A stretch of DNA of 63,139 nt, counting the filler, from Parachlamydiales bacterium (GTDB lineage Bacteria; Chlamydiota; Chlamydiia; Chlamydiales; Parachlamydiaceae): the NCBI GenBank assembly GCA_020051075.1. It is 4 parts of 4 records of this genome, joined end to end, with 100 filler letters (N's around TTAATTAATTAA, not from the genome) between each part and the next. Parts side by side here need not be neighbours in the genome. Positions count along the whole stretch, not along the records: positions 18,643 to 28,217 come from JAGVJP010000074.1; 3 more parts are not named here. One strand, 5' to 3'. Position 1 is the first letter of the stretch; every line of letters begins with the position of its first letter. Shown here piece by piece: positions 18,735 to 28,317 of the stretch. The position numbers were made by a program, and so were the translations under genes. Under the pieces are notes generated by a model that was not told the DNA's origin, did not search any database, and saw nothing but the letters and a program-made list of their open reading frames with translations.

Positions 18735-18925
18735 GAAGAGGCCTTCCGCACTCCAAACGCTTCGCGCTGAAAAAATGTGTAATGGTAAGGCCCGTTAGAC
18801 CTGGGAATACTCAACCCCAAATGATGAGCCCTTAAAGGGTGGCACAACCCTTTCCAGATTAGACTCAAAAGATGTGGGTACAAGTATGGGGTGAAGGGAG
18901 CCCCGCGACCGGAACGTGAGGTCAA
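18735..18925. repeat. Family B composite REP-like element
   Basis: Reverse-complement homologue of 27971-28130 and 30703-30850; end CGCGACCGGAACGTG shared with 62870-62894. Confidence 0.85.
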
Positions 18926-19134
18926 AATACTCAGGAATAGGCAATAAAAAATTTCGAAAATGTGACCAGAGCAAGTCTCGCACCCATGGTTTTACCCGAA
19001 TTCGAAAGTAAAATTTGAAGCTTCAGTACTTGGCGATACGCTGCAATTATTCTCGCTTTGAGGCCAATGTTGTGTTATGTTTCTCTGTAGAAATTTTAAA
19101 GAAATTCAAAATGATATCCATAAGTTGAATTTAC

Positions 19135-20724
19135 ATGAGACTTGAGACAGAGAAACTTACTTTGCGCGAATTTACCTTGAATGACTTGGATGCCTTTGCT
19201 TGGCTAATGGCTGACCCCGAAGTCATGCGGTTTTCACTTAGCGGTCCAATGAATAGAGAGCTGGCAAGTGAATATCTTCAAAAGAGAATATTGGATCATT
19301 ATGTCAAGTATGGATACGGGCTCTATGCTGTCGTTCAGAAAGCAGATAACTGTTTAATAGGCTTTGTAGGACTGATCGGCCAAAATATCGATGGGGAAAG
19401 CAAAGTCGAATTGGGATATCGTCTCCACCCAAAGTATTGGGGCAAAGGACTTGCTACCGAAGCCTGCTTAGCCGTGTGTCAGTATGCCTTTACCCAATTA
19501 GGCATGGATGAGCTTATCTCTATCATTGATCCTAAAAACACACGCAGTCTTGAAGTCGCTAAGCGAGTGGGGATGAAATATTTAAAAGAGGCTTCTTTTC
19601 ATCATATTCCCGTTCAAATTTACATGATCAAAGCCCCCGAAAGCTGTCAAAAACTCGTTATTAGGAATTTGCAAGTCGAGGATCTCAATAAGCTAGCCAA
19701 TACGTTTACATTTCCTTGGAGCAGTTTTGAAGCCACTTTAAAGCTATGGGAGCAATGGTTTAAAGAGCATCAAGAAGGCATTCGTACTGTTTGTGTTTTA
19801 GAAAGACAAAACCGATTTTTGGGGTATGGGAGTTTGCTAAGAGTTTCTGAATATCCTTTTTTCCGAGAAAAAGGTATTCCAGAGGTCAATGCAATATGGA
19901 TAGATGAGCCATTCAGAAAACAAGGGTTAGGAAAAAAGCTTATTGAGCACTTAGAAAGCATGGCACGCCAAGAAGGTTATAAGACCATTGGTATCGGTGT
20001 TGGCCTATACAAGGACTATGGTCCGGCGCAAAGACTGTACTATAAAATGGGCTATCAACCGGATGGAAACGGCATTTCCTATAAAGGTCATTGGGTAGTT
20101 CCAGGAGCACAGCATCCGATAGATGATGACTTGCTCCTTTGGTTTACTAAGTCTTTAGCCACGTCTAAACCTTCTTTTCATTTTAAACATGTTGACGCAA
20201 CAGAGCGTTCGCTTGTTCATCATTGGCTTTTGCAGCCCCATGTGGCCCAATGGTTTTATGGACAAGGTCTTGAAAATACATTTAAGCATTTAGATGAATT
20301 TTTAGCGGGCTCATCGTCTGCTCAATATTGGTTGGCATTCGATAAAGGTCATCCGTTTGCTTTTCTGATCACTTCCCACGTGGATAAGCCTCATGATGAG
20401 CTTGCAAAATGGTGCAATTCCGATGGACAAGCTATGACTCTTGATATGTTGATCGGTGATCCAAGTTATTTGGGTAAAGGTTACGCCGTTCAAGTGATCC
20501 ATCAATTCCTGCTCAGTCAATTTTCCAATGTAAACGAGGTTCTGATAGACCCTGAAGCAACCAATGCAAAAGCCATCCACGTTTATCAAAAAGCTGGTTT
20601 CAACAAATTAGATGAATTTATTCCCTCACACAGCCCTCATCCTCATTACATGATGAAACTCAATTTACAAGAGCTGAGAAAACAGCAAGGAAAGCTGGGG
20701 GATTCAAAGAGCGTTGTTGCATAA
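19135..20724 (+). CDS. Three-domain GNAT acetyltransferase fusion (RimJ/RimL-like + GNAT + AAC(6')-like)
   Basis: ELGYRLHPKYWGKGLATE; FRKQGLGK; YLGKGYA...DPEATNAKAIHVYQKAGF. Confidence 0.9.
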   Translation: MRLETEKLTLREFTLNDLDAFAWLMADPEVMRFSLSGPMNRELASEYLQKRILDHYVKYGYGLYAVVQKADNCLIGFVGLIGQNIDGESKVELGYRLHPKYWGKGLATEACLAVCQYAFTQLGMDELISIIDPKNTRSLEVAKRVGMKYLKEASFHHIPVQIYMIKAPESCQKLVIRNLQVEDLNKLANTFTFPWSSFEATLKLWEQWFKEHQEGIRTVCVLERQNRFLGYGSLLRVSEYPFFREKGIPEVNAIWIDEPFRKQGLGKKLIEHLESMARQEGYKTIGIGVGLYKDYGPAQRLYYKMGYQPDGNGISYKGHWVVPGAQHPIDDDLLLWFTKSLATSKPSFHFKHVDATERSLVHHWLLQPHVAQWFYGQGLENTFKHLDEFLAGSSSAQYWLAFDKGHPFAFLITSHVDKPHDELAKWCNSDGQAMTLDMLIGDPSYLGKGYAVQVIHQFLLSQFSNVNEVLIDPEATNAKAIHVYQKAGFNKLDEFIPSHSPHPHYMMKLNLQELRKQQGKLGDSKSVVA

Positions 20725-20835
20725 ATGTTTTTCATCTAACTATCTCTCAATTAAATGTTTAACCACTGAGTTCACAGAGATTAAGTCTTTGGAGTTTTGT
20801 ATGTTAAGGTTCTTTTCGATTTATGCAACAACGCC
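20710..20835. mobile_element. 126-bp MITE with 17-bp terminal inverted repeats and 9-bp target-site duplication
   Basis: (A)GCGTTGTTGCATAAAT ... ATTTATGCAACAACGCC; GATTCAAAG at 20701-20709 and 20836-20844. Confidence 0.85.
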
Positions 20836-20846
20836 GATTCAAAGTC

Positions 20847-21731
20847 CTAGAACGTGATTTCTTGAATAATTTCCTTCCATCGTTGAGTATTTAAAAATAC
20901 AGGTCTTCCATCATGCAGCTGAATGCTGTGTTTCCTAAAATACATTGTGGGATATCCAAAAACATTAATCAATTCTGAATGATAGTTTCCAAGCATTTTT
21001 TCTTCAGAAAATTTAATCATTTGATTTTTGATATCTTCCGAAAATTCAACAGGATGATGTTCTAAAGGGACGCCAATGATTTTTTCTATCTCTTCGCGAA
21101 TCCGTGACTTCACTTCAGAAGAAGATAAATTGTTGGTGTTAATAGTCACGATGGGACATGTCGCGAATTGGATGAGTTCTTCAGTATAAAACCTTCGCAA
21201 TTCTTCAAGAAAACCGATCTCAGACCAAGGAAATGTAATCATGTCGCCCAACTGGTGCCTACGCAAAAGTCCGATCTCAGGACTAACATCGAGAAGAATA
21301 ATAAGAGAAAATTGCTTATCTCTCAAATCATTATTAAAAATTTTAATATACTCATCATAAAAATTCGTGCCACAATGTCTATCTGATGCATATTTATAAG
21401 CAAGGTTTGAATAATAAGAACGATCAAAGAGAAGGCATGGCACTTTTTCTGACAAAGCGATTGCAAGATCCATTCGTGTTGTCCAGATTTGATGAAAGAT
21501 ATCTCCTTGATCGCTTGGAGAAAAACCTTGCCATTCAGAATTAGGTTCAGGATTGGTTTCAGAAAAGAGAATGCACCGATCGCTAAACTCGGAAATGAGG
21601 TCAAGCAAACTGGTGCTTTTTCCAGCGCCAGGCATGCCCTCAATTGCAATTTTATGGGTGGCTAAGCAACTTCCCGTAACAAAAATTGCGATACATATGC
21701 AAACCGTAATAAATTTATTAAAATATATCAT
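20847..21731 (-). CDS. Thymidylate/deoxynucleoside kinase-like P-loop protein with hydrophobic N-terminus
   Basis: IAIEGMPGAGKST, FDRSYYSNLAY, IILLDVSPEIGLLR. Confidence 0.75.
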   Translation of the reverse strand: MIYFNKFITVCICIAIFVTGSCLATHKIAIEGMPGAGKSTSLLDLISEFSDRCILFSETNPEPNSEWQGFSPSDQGDIFHQIWTTRMDLAIALSEKVPCLLFDRSYYSNLAYKYASDRHCGTNFYDEYIKIFNNDLRDKQFSLIILLDVSPEIGLLRRHQLGDMITFPWSEIGFLEELRRFYTEELIQFATCPIVTINTNNLSSSEVKSRIREEIEKIIGVPLEHHPVEFSEDIKNQMIKFSEEKMLGNYHSELINVFGYPTMYFRKHSIQLHDGRPVFLNTQRWKEIIQEITF

Positions 21732-21883
21732 TGAGACAACCTCTTAAACATGTTATTCTTTTTAAATCGCTCGAACACGTCCTATTTATACAGAAACACG
21801 GAAATCTGTGCAAAGGAGTTATGTTTCTTATTGAGGTGGTGATTCATTTTTGATACTCTACCAACTTTGAAATCTACTATATA

Positions 21884-22339
21884 ATGGATGCGATGCTTCG
21901 AAAAAATCGGCAAAAATTTGCAGCTGTAAAAAAGCTCAACCTTCCAATTGGTCAATATGCCATCACAGGTAGTGGAGCGCTTGGCATTCGAAATTTAAGA
22001 GAGATAGGCGATATCGATATTATTGTCACTGCCGATTTGTGGAACGTTCTTGCTGCAAAATATGGCGTTACAGACGAAATAGGGGTTAAAAAGATAGTTT
22101 TCTCCGATGGAATTGTTGAAGCACTTGGAGAATGCTCATTTGATACCGAAAAGCAAGATCCTGACGCACCAACAATAGCTGATCGTATTGCAAATGCTGA
22201 AATTATTGAAGGCCTTCCTTTTGAATCAATCGATCACGTCCTGTACTATAAGCGTAAAATGGGTAGAGAGAAGGATATACGTGATGTACTGATCATTGAA
22301 GAATGGCAAAAGTCGAAACGAGTGAATCAAGTTCTTTAA
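21884..22339 (+). CDS. Nucleotidyltransferase-like hypothetical protein
   Basis: ITGSGAL...GDIDIIV motif; C-terminal GREKDIRD. Confidence 0.65.
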   Translation: MDAMLRKNRQKFAAVKKLNLPIGQYAITGSGALGIRNLREIGDIDIIVTADLWNVLAAKYGVTDEIGVKKIVFSDGIVEALGECSFDTEKQDPDAPTIADRIANAEIIEGLPFESIDHVLYYKRKMGREKDIRDVLIIEEWQKSKRVNQVL

Positions 22340-22354
22340 TTCGATAAAAGGGTT

Positions 22355-23284
22355 ATGTCCATGAATCTGTCCGTTTTTAATAGCCTCTGCTACACAGCTG
22401 GTTGGTTTTGGTGTGTCCTTTTTGGTATTCATGGTCAATCCACTTTAGCGACTATCGGGGCTGTTTTTTTAATTTTATTTCAGCTCTATTGCACCAAAAT
22501 TAAAGATATGGCTTTATACATTCAAGACGTACTTTTAGTCGGTTTTTCCGTTCCATTAGGAACACTTTTGGAAGTGTTTTTTATTCAAACAAACCTTATC
22601 CACTATGCTAACGCAACTAAAACGCTTCCTCCAATTTGGATTGTTTGCCTTTATCCTCTCTTTTCGCTGTTGCTCAACCACTCCTTGAAAATAATCAAAA
22701 AGAACTACTTAGCATCTTTTCTGTTAGGGTTTCTAGGGGCTCCTTTGAGTTATATTGCCGGTCTTTCTCTAGGGGGATTAACTTTCCCCTATCCACTTAT
22801 TCAGACTTGGATCATTATTGGAACCTGCTGGGGTCTATTCCTTTGCCTTCTTAGTAAAATTGCGAATATCGTTGAAAAAGCCTCAGCAGAAACTTTAGAA
22901 GACCGTGATTCAAAAACTGATTTAGAGTTACTTTACGATGGTGAATGTCCAATCTGTAAACGAGAAATTTGCGTTCTTCAAAAAAAAGACAATCAAACCA
23001 AAATAAAGTTTATCGACATCTCTTCAAAAGAGTTTTCGCCATCTGAACATAACAATATTGACTATCACACCCTAATGTCCCAAATTCACGCTATTGATAG
23101 TCAAGGGAATCTTTTAGTAGGTCTACCAGCCTTCGCGGCCGTTTACGCACGCTGTCAGCTGTTGGTTACCTCAACTTTGCTGCGTATCCCTTTTATAAAG
23201 ACTCTCCTTAAACCACTTTACAACCTATTTGCGAAAAAACGTCTTTGGATGACAGGAAGAATTAATACCAATCTCAAAAAATAG
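22355..23284 (+). CDS. DUF2878 membrane domain fused to DCC1-like thiol-disulfide oxidoreductase
   Basis: N-terminal GWFWCV, PIWIVCL, GAPLSYIAG; C-terminal LYDGECPICKRE (DxxCxxC). Confidence 0.8.
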   Translation: MSMNLSVFNSLCYTAGWFWCVLFGIHGQSTLATIGAVFLILFQLYCTKIKDMALYIQDVLLVGFSVPLGTLLEVFFIQTNLIHYANATKTLPPIWIVCLYPLFSLLLNHSLKIIKKNYLASFLLGFLGAPLSYIAGLSLGGLTFPYPLIQTWIIIGTCWGLFLCLLSKIANIVEKASAETLEDRDSKTDLELLYDGECPICKREICVLQKKDNQTKIKFIDISSKEFSPSEHNNIDYHTLMSQIHAIDSQGNLLVGLPAFAAVYARCQLLVTSTLLRIPFIKTLLKPLYNLFAKKRLWMTGRINTNLKK

Positions 23285-23295
23285 CTGAGGATCAG

Positions 23296-23775
23296 ATGAA
23301 ACAAAAGCAGTTGTGGATTTCGTTCGTTATTTTTATCCTTGTTTGCTTTCTTGTGGAGATCATCGGAAGTTTCTGGACAAAGGAAACAGTTTCGACATGG
23401 TATCCTACACTAACCAAGCCTTCATGGACGCCCCCGGATTGGGTATTCGGGCCTGTCTGGACCTGTCTTTACGTTATGATAGCTGTTGCTGGCTGGTTAA
23501 TCTACCGAGCTGAATATTCGCATAAGCGGTCTGTTGCTTTGATGCTCTATGGTGGTCAGCTCGCCTTGAATTTTATCTGGTCATTTCTTTTTTTCTCTTT
23601 ACGCAGTCCTATCTTAGGATTGATCGATATCGTTTTGCTTTGCTTATTAATCAGCTTAACGATCATTAAGGCTTGGCCGGTGCGTCCTTTAGCAAGTCTT
23701 CTGCTGATTCCCTATTTAGTTTGGGTCATGTATGCGACATCACTTAATGCTGGAATCTGGCTGCTCAACAGATAA
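23296..23775 (+). CDS. tspO: TspO/MBR tryptophan-rich sensory protein
   Basis: WYPTLTKPSWTPPDWVFGPVWT, LNFIWSFLFF, PYLVWVMYATSLN. Confidence 0.95.
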   Translation: MKQKQLWISFVIFILVCFLVEIIGSFWTKETVSTWYPTLTKPSWTPPDWVFGPVWTCLYVMIAVAGWLIYRAEYSHKRSVALMLYGGQLALNFIWSFLFFSLRSPILGLIDIVLLCLLISLTIIKAWPVRPLASLLLIPYLVWVMYATSLNAGIWLLNR

Positions 23776-23784
23776 GCGTGAGAG

Positions 23785-24165
23785 CTAATGATCTTTGAGA
23801 AATGATCCAATGCAAATGACTATGCTAAAAAATAGCATGATTAAAGCTGGTAACAACTTCTTGAAAGGGTCTCTGACTTTTATGTGCATGCATACAGCTC
23901 CGAGCATCATGAAAGAAACGACAAGAGCTGCAGGAAAAACCAAGAAAGGTTGCCACAATCCTAAAAGAAGGAGGAGAGCTGCGCTGATTTTGATGAATCC
24001 AATAACATAGAAAGACCATAAGGGGAGGCCATATGCAGCGAATTCATTTTTTAAAGAAGTACCATCGGATCCTCGATAGGGTGTTTTTTGATTACTTCGG
24101 ATGAGCCACACGTTTAGCAAGCCGAATGCAACAATGAGTTGAAGCAATACTGTGATAGAATCCAT
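23785..24165 (-). CDS. DoxX-like membrane protein
   Basis: EFAAYGLP and MMLGAVCMHIKVRDP. Confidence 0.85.
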   Translation of the reverse strand: MDSITVLLQLIVAFGLLNVWLIRSNQKTPYRGSDGTSLKNEFAAYGLPLWSFYVIGFIKISAALLLLLGLWQPFLVFPAALVVSFMMLGAVCMHIKVRDPFKKLLPALIMLFFSIVICIGSFLKDH

Positions 24166-24344
24166 GGTAGATTTTACTCTTAAACGTTCATATCTTATTG
24201 GTCTTTAATATTGACTTGTAGACTCTTGATAATTGTATTTCAAGAGAAAAAGATTGATGCTCGTAGTTTTTAGCAAATCGCTAGACTTTTAGGTTTGGAG
24301 ATGATACTTAAAAGATAGACATAAAAAATTATAGGAAAGATCGT

Positions 24345-24740
24345 ATGAAAGGTTATATAATAAACATTGAAAAGGCTTCCCTTGAGAATGAATATTTCAG
24401 AAAAGTTTTATATACGGCTAAAAATAGTCAGCTTGTCGTGATGAGTTTGAGACCTGGCGAAGATATAGGGGAAGAAGTACACCTGTTGGATCAATTCATA
24501 AAATGTGAGGCAGGAGAAGGAGAAGCGATATTGGATGGGATCACACACAAGATAAGCAATGGGTTTAGTGTAAGTGTACCAGCTGGAGCAAAACACAACA
24601 TCATCAATACTTCTTCCGATAAATTTCTTAAACTTTATACCCTATATTCTCCCCCCAATCATCGTGATGGCATCATTCATAAAACAAAAACTGATGCTGA
24701 AATGAACGAAGAGCATTTTGATGGAGTAACCACTGAATAA
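24345..24740 (+). CDS. Cupin domain protein
   Basis: QLVVMSL, GEEVH, VPAGAKHNIIN, LYSPPNH. Confidence 0.9.
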   Translation: MKGYIINIEKASLENEYFRKVLYTAKNSQLVVMSLRPGEDIGEEVHLLDQFIKCEAGEGEAILDGITHKISNGFSVSVPAGAKHNIINTSSDKFLKLYTLYSPPNHRDGIIHKTKTDAEMNEEHFDGVTTE

Positions 24741-24741
24741 A

Positions 24742-24813
24742 GAACGCGATCTTACATTGAGTGAAATTTGGCATAACTTGATTTTAGAAAGATTTTTAGC
24801 TCGTCTCTGTCAA
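24742..24813 (+). pseudogene. N-proximal fragment of AbiEii-like nucleotidyltransferase
   Basis: ERDLTLSEIWHNLILERFLARLCQ; last 33 nt repeated at 26994-27026. Confidence 0.6.
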
Positions 24814-24928
24814 TATTTTGAACAAAATTCTCAGTACAAGCAGGGATCCAATGACTGGGATCAGCTGGAAGAAGCGCTTCATCTAAAATAGACAGAGCAA
24901 GCTAAAAAGAAATATACTCTACTCATCT

Positions 24929-25528
24929 TTAAAATGTATATCCGCAATGACAGGAAAGTTTTGTGTTTAATACAATAAATTTTCTGTTTGATAATTTGTC
25001 TTTAAAACAACAATAAGTAAAAGCGTTTTCGCATTGTTCATCGTTATAAGGAATGGTCTTAGATTCAATAAGTTCAATCCGGTTTTTATTAAAGAATATC
25101 GCATTAGTATCACTTCGACCCTCGTTCTGTCTTGTTTTCTCTCCATAATAACCGTAATCAGAACCTAAGACATTCATGACTTCTTGTATCTGATCTTCCT
25201 GGAGTTCCTGACTACCAATAACATCCGCCTTTGCGTAGGAAAGATATTCCAAAAGCCGTGGTTTACGATTGTTCCATTGATATTTGGATGGCAGCTTGTC
25301 TTCCGCATCTTTGGCATTATAAAGCATATTATAAGTCATTAAACGAAGCTTTTGAGCTTGCTTTTGAATGGCATGCTCCATAAGTTCTTTCTGCTTTGTA
25401 TTTACTTTTTGTCCAAAATCTTGATGATAAATGTTGTCCATTGAAGGAAGGATAGATTCTTCAACGGCAGCAGAAACTTGAAAAGCAGAACCTAGCAAGG
25501 CAAGAACAATAAAAAAATGCTTCATCAT
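24929..25528 (-). pseudogene. Endonuclease/exonuclease/phosphatase (EEP) protein, C-terminally truncated, with signal peptide
   Basis: LMTYNM, ADVIGSQE, NAIFF, then stop before the C-terminal GDFN/SDH half. Confidence 0.65.
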
Positions 25529-25600
25529 TTTACTCCTTTTCGTCTAAGCTATATACCGATAAAGAGTAGCATGTTTTTTTGAGAAATCCAAAGAAGAATC

Positions 25601-26749
25601 TCATAACCTATTTATAAAATTGATATCCCCTTGGATGACTTGACATCGGTTATCTATGAATTCTTTTAGCCATCCTAGAGAATATAGCGTCAAGCCCATT
25701 CCTTCCTTTTGTAAGATATCATCTACAGAAACACCTTCCATGATATATGCAGAACCCTTCTTAAGCGAACCTTCCAAAATGGAGTCCAGTTTACCTTGAT
25801 CTTTCTCATCTTGTCGCCCTATCCATAAAGTGGCTAAAAGAAAAGCTGTGACATCTTTGAAGAACAAAGTTTCTTTCAATTCCGATTCTTTGGGATCTCT
25901 TCCGAGGTACTGTTTCAACAAACCTTTAACTTGTTCATTATTCGCAGCTAAAAAGGTGGAGAGCCAGGCAATATCAAGAAATGGATGATCGATACTAGCT
26001 TGAGCCCAGTCAATAATATAGATATGCCCCTGATCTGTGACGAGGATATTCCGAGGATTAAAGTCTCCATGAGAGGGTCTATGCTCTCTCTTTAAGACAA
26101 CAAAATCATTTTGCAGGGTTCTATGCAATTGATCAAAACAACTTGGAAATACGACTCCCTTTTTATTGTATCGATCGTATAGGTCTTGGATAGCCCCAAC
26201 TTTTGTTCGTTTGACAAGTCGCCCTTCATCGGGATACTGATGAAATTTTTTTAACGCCTCCATAACTTCTTTGAAGATTTCAGCATTATTCAGGTCATCT
26301 CTAGTCAGAGTTCTTCCCTCAACAAGTTCCATTACCACAACGAGTAACAGTTGATCGACGTAAAAAATCTTTGGGGCGATCTGCAACTCTGCTCCAATCT
26401 TATGGGCGTTGAGTTCAGATCTTCTTCTTTCAATTGGCTGGTTCTCATCAAGAAGTCTAAGTACATATTTTTTATTCCCGCTATCAACACGGAATACTTT
26501 CGATTTCGTCCCACCTCCAAGGAGGGGAGTGACCTGAATGTTATCACCCACTTCTTCTGGAGCAATCAACGATAAGGCCTCATTGATTGGCAAGGCATAA
26601 TTTTCCGAAACAGCAGCCAGCACTTCTTTTATCGAATACGAGCTTGGTTCAAACCTATTATTCTGTACTGAAAGCAAAAGAGGGTTTGCTAAGAAAATAA
26701 ACACACTTAAAACTAAATTAAAAGAAAGAAACAATTTGAACCTTGTCAT
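25601..26749 (-). CDS. Choline/aminoglycoside phosphotransferase (APH/ChoK) family protein
   Basis: GGGTKSKVF, YVLR, SHGDFNPRNIL, IIDW. Confidence 0.85.
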   Translation of the reverse strand: MTRFKLFLSFNLVLSVFIFLANPLLLSVQNNRFEPSSYSIKEVLAAVSENYALPINEALSLIAPEEVGDNIQVTPLLGGGTKSKVFRVDSGNKKYVLRLLDENQPIERRRSELNAHKIGAELQIAPKIFYVDQLLLVVVMELVEGRTLTRDDLNNAEIFKEVMEALKKFHQYPDEGRLVKRTKVGAIQDLYDRYNKKGVVFPSCFDQLHRTLQNDFVVLKREHRPSHGDFNPRNILVTDQGHIYIIDWAQASIDHPFLDIAWLSTFLAANNEQVKGLLKQYLGRDPKESELKETLFFKDVTAFLLATLWIGRQDEKDQGKLDSILEGSLKKGSAYIMEGVSVDDILQKEGMGLTLYSLGWLKEFIDNRCQVIQGDINFINRL

Positions 26750-26866
26750 TATTTATTATTATTCCAAGCTGAGAACGGATATGTTTCTTCCATTAACTGC
26801 CTATTTTAGAAATCATTATACTTCTAATAGATAAATTTCCCAAGGGAAAAGCTTTGAATGGATCCA

Positions 26867-26962
26867 TTGAACACTTTCGGTCAAGATATTGACATTGTTG
26901 TTAGGCAAAAGCCTACAAATCGTAAACAAGCGCAGATTAACGTTTATCGATACTGGGTGTAG
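26867..26962 (+). pseudogene. Possible C-terminal remnant of an XRE/HigA-like antitoxin
   Basis: LNTFGQDIDIVVRQKPTNRKQAQINV resembles the tail of XRE-type HTH antitoxins. Confidence 0.4.
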
Positions 26963-26994
26963 GAGAAGCAGAACTAATCCTATGTGAGTAATAG

Positions 26995-27339
26995 ATTTTA
27001 GAAAGATTTCTTGCCCGTCTCTGTCAGTCTAAGTATAAGGGCAATTTCATTCTGAAAGGAGGTTCTCTTCTCGCTCGGTACATTCCCATAGGGCGTGAAA
27101 CAAAGGATTTAGATTTCTTGGTTGATAAACTGCAAAATACAGAAGAGTTTTTGAATAAAGCTTTCGATCACATTTGTAGCGTTCGCGTTGAAGATGGATT
27201 TGAATTTGAAAAAGTAAAAATCGGCAAACTCACACATCCACACATGGACTATACAGGCATTGAGGTTCTTTTATTAGCAAAGTTGGGTGGGCAGCAAACT
27301 TATATTCAGATTGATTTGGGTTTTGGAGATATTGTAGAG
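26995..27339 (+). pseudogene. AbiEii/AbiGii-type nucleotidyltransferase internal fragment
   Basis: ILERFLARL...FILKGGSLL...RETKDLDF...IQIDLGFGDIV; in-frame stop upstream, no start codon. Confidence 0.8.
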
Positions 27340-27555
27340 CTCATTCATATTCCTTCGGAGCAACCTCCAACTCATTTTCAATTGCACGGTCATGTCCACG
27401 ATAAAAAACCTAGAAAGATCATATCCAATCAACTCAATCTTTGTGTTGAGGTGTGGGATTATAAGCCTGTCGCTGAAAAAACTATTATTAGTCTTTTGGA
27501 GATAAAGCATCTAAAAATGAAATCAGTTGTGAGGCACCTAAAGGCAATCTTTTGA
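27340..27555 (+). pseudogene. C-terminal fragment of a metallophosphoesterase fused in frame to the AbiEii remnant
   Basis: LHGHVH...NLCVEVWDYKPV. Confidence 0.55.
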
Positions 27556-27970
27556 ATTAATGAAATCACCAAATCAATAATTCATGATTTGGTGACGTGT
27601 TTTTTCTCGATCGAACCAATCACCAAATCCAGAATTCTTTAGTTCATCAGTCTAGGATGATAAAAATGTCGGCATTTTTGCCTTTCTGTAGACATTTTTA
27701 TCATTGTGAATCTGGCATAATTCATAAGCAACGATGGATCAAATGGCTGCAAGAAGCCATTTCCAACTGTTCACTAAAACGCACTGTTCAACATATATTG
27801 AACAGTAAACATTCTGGCAAAATCCGTGGACCACTGGTGGACCAAATAGGGGCAGCAAGGGGCATGAAATGGCATCAAGTTGGTGTGGACGAAAAGGGCT
27901 TTTTCGCTATGGTTGCAGTCAGTTACTGTAACTGACGGTAGTTTAAGGAGAGGGGGTGGACAGTTTCACG

Positions 27971-28203
27971 CCATACTTGTACCCACATCTTTTGAGTCGA
28001 ACATGGGAAGGTTTGTGCCGCCCTTTCAGGGCTCACTTGAGGGGGGGGCTGTTCCCAGGCCTGACGGCCTTACCATAACCCATTTTTTCAGCGCGAAGCG
28101 TTTGGAGTGCGAAAGTCTTCTTTCGCTTTATTCTAGATCAATTTTTGAGACATTCGTGTCTTTTGAATTTTTCTACCGCTTCGCGCAGCGTTCAGTATCT
28201 CCT
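27971..28203. repeat. Family B composite REP-like element
   Basis: Highly similar to 30703-30925; contig breaks 14 nt later. Confidence 0.9.
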
Positions 28204-28217
28204 ACTTTTCTCTCAAG

Positions 28218-28317
28218 NNNNNNNNNNNNNNNNNNNNNNNNNNNNNNNNNNNNNNNNNNNNTTAATTAATTAANNNNNNNNNNNNNNNNNNNNNNNNNNN
28301 NNNNNNNNNNNNNNNNN
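28218..28317. other. Artificial contig spacer
   Basis: N-run + TTAATTAATTAA + N-run. Confidence 0.99.

Noticed and set aside
19135..27555. Integron cassette array
   Set aside because: Mixed gene orientations, no recurring attC-like sites and no integrase.
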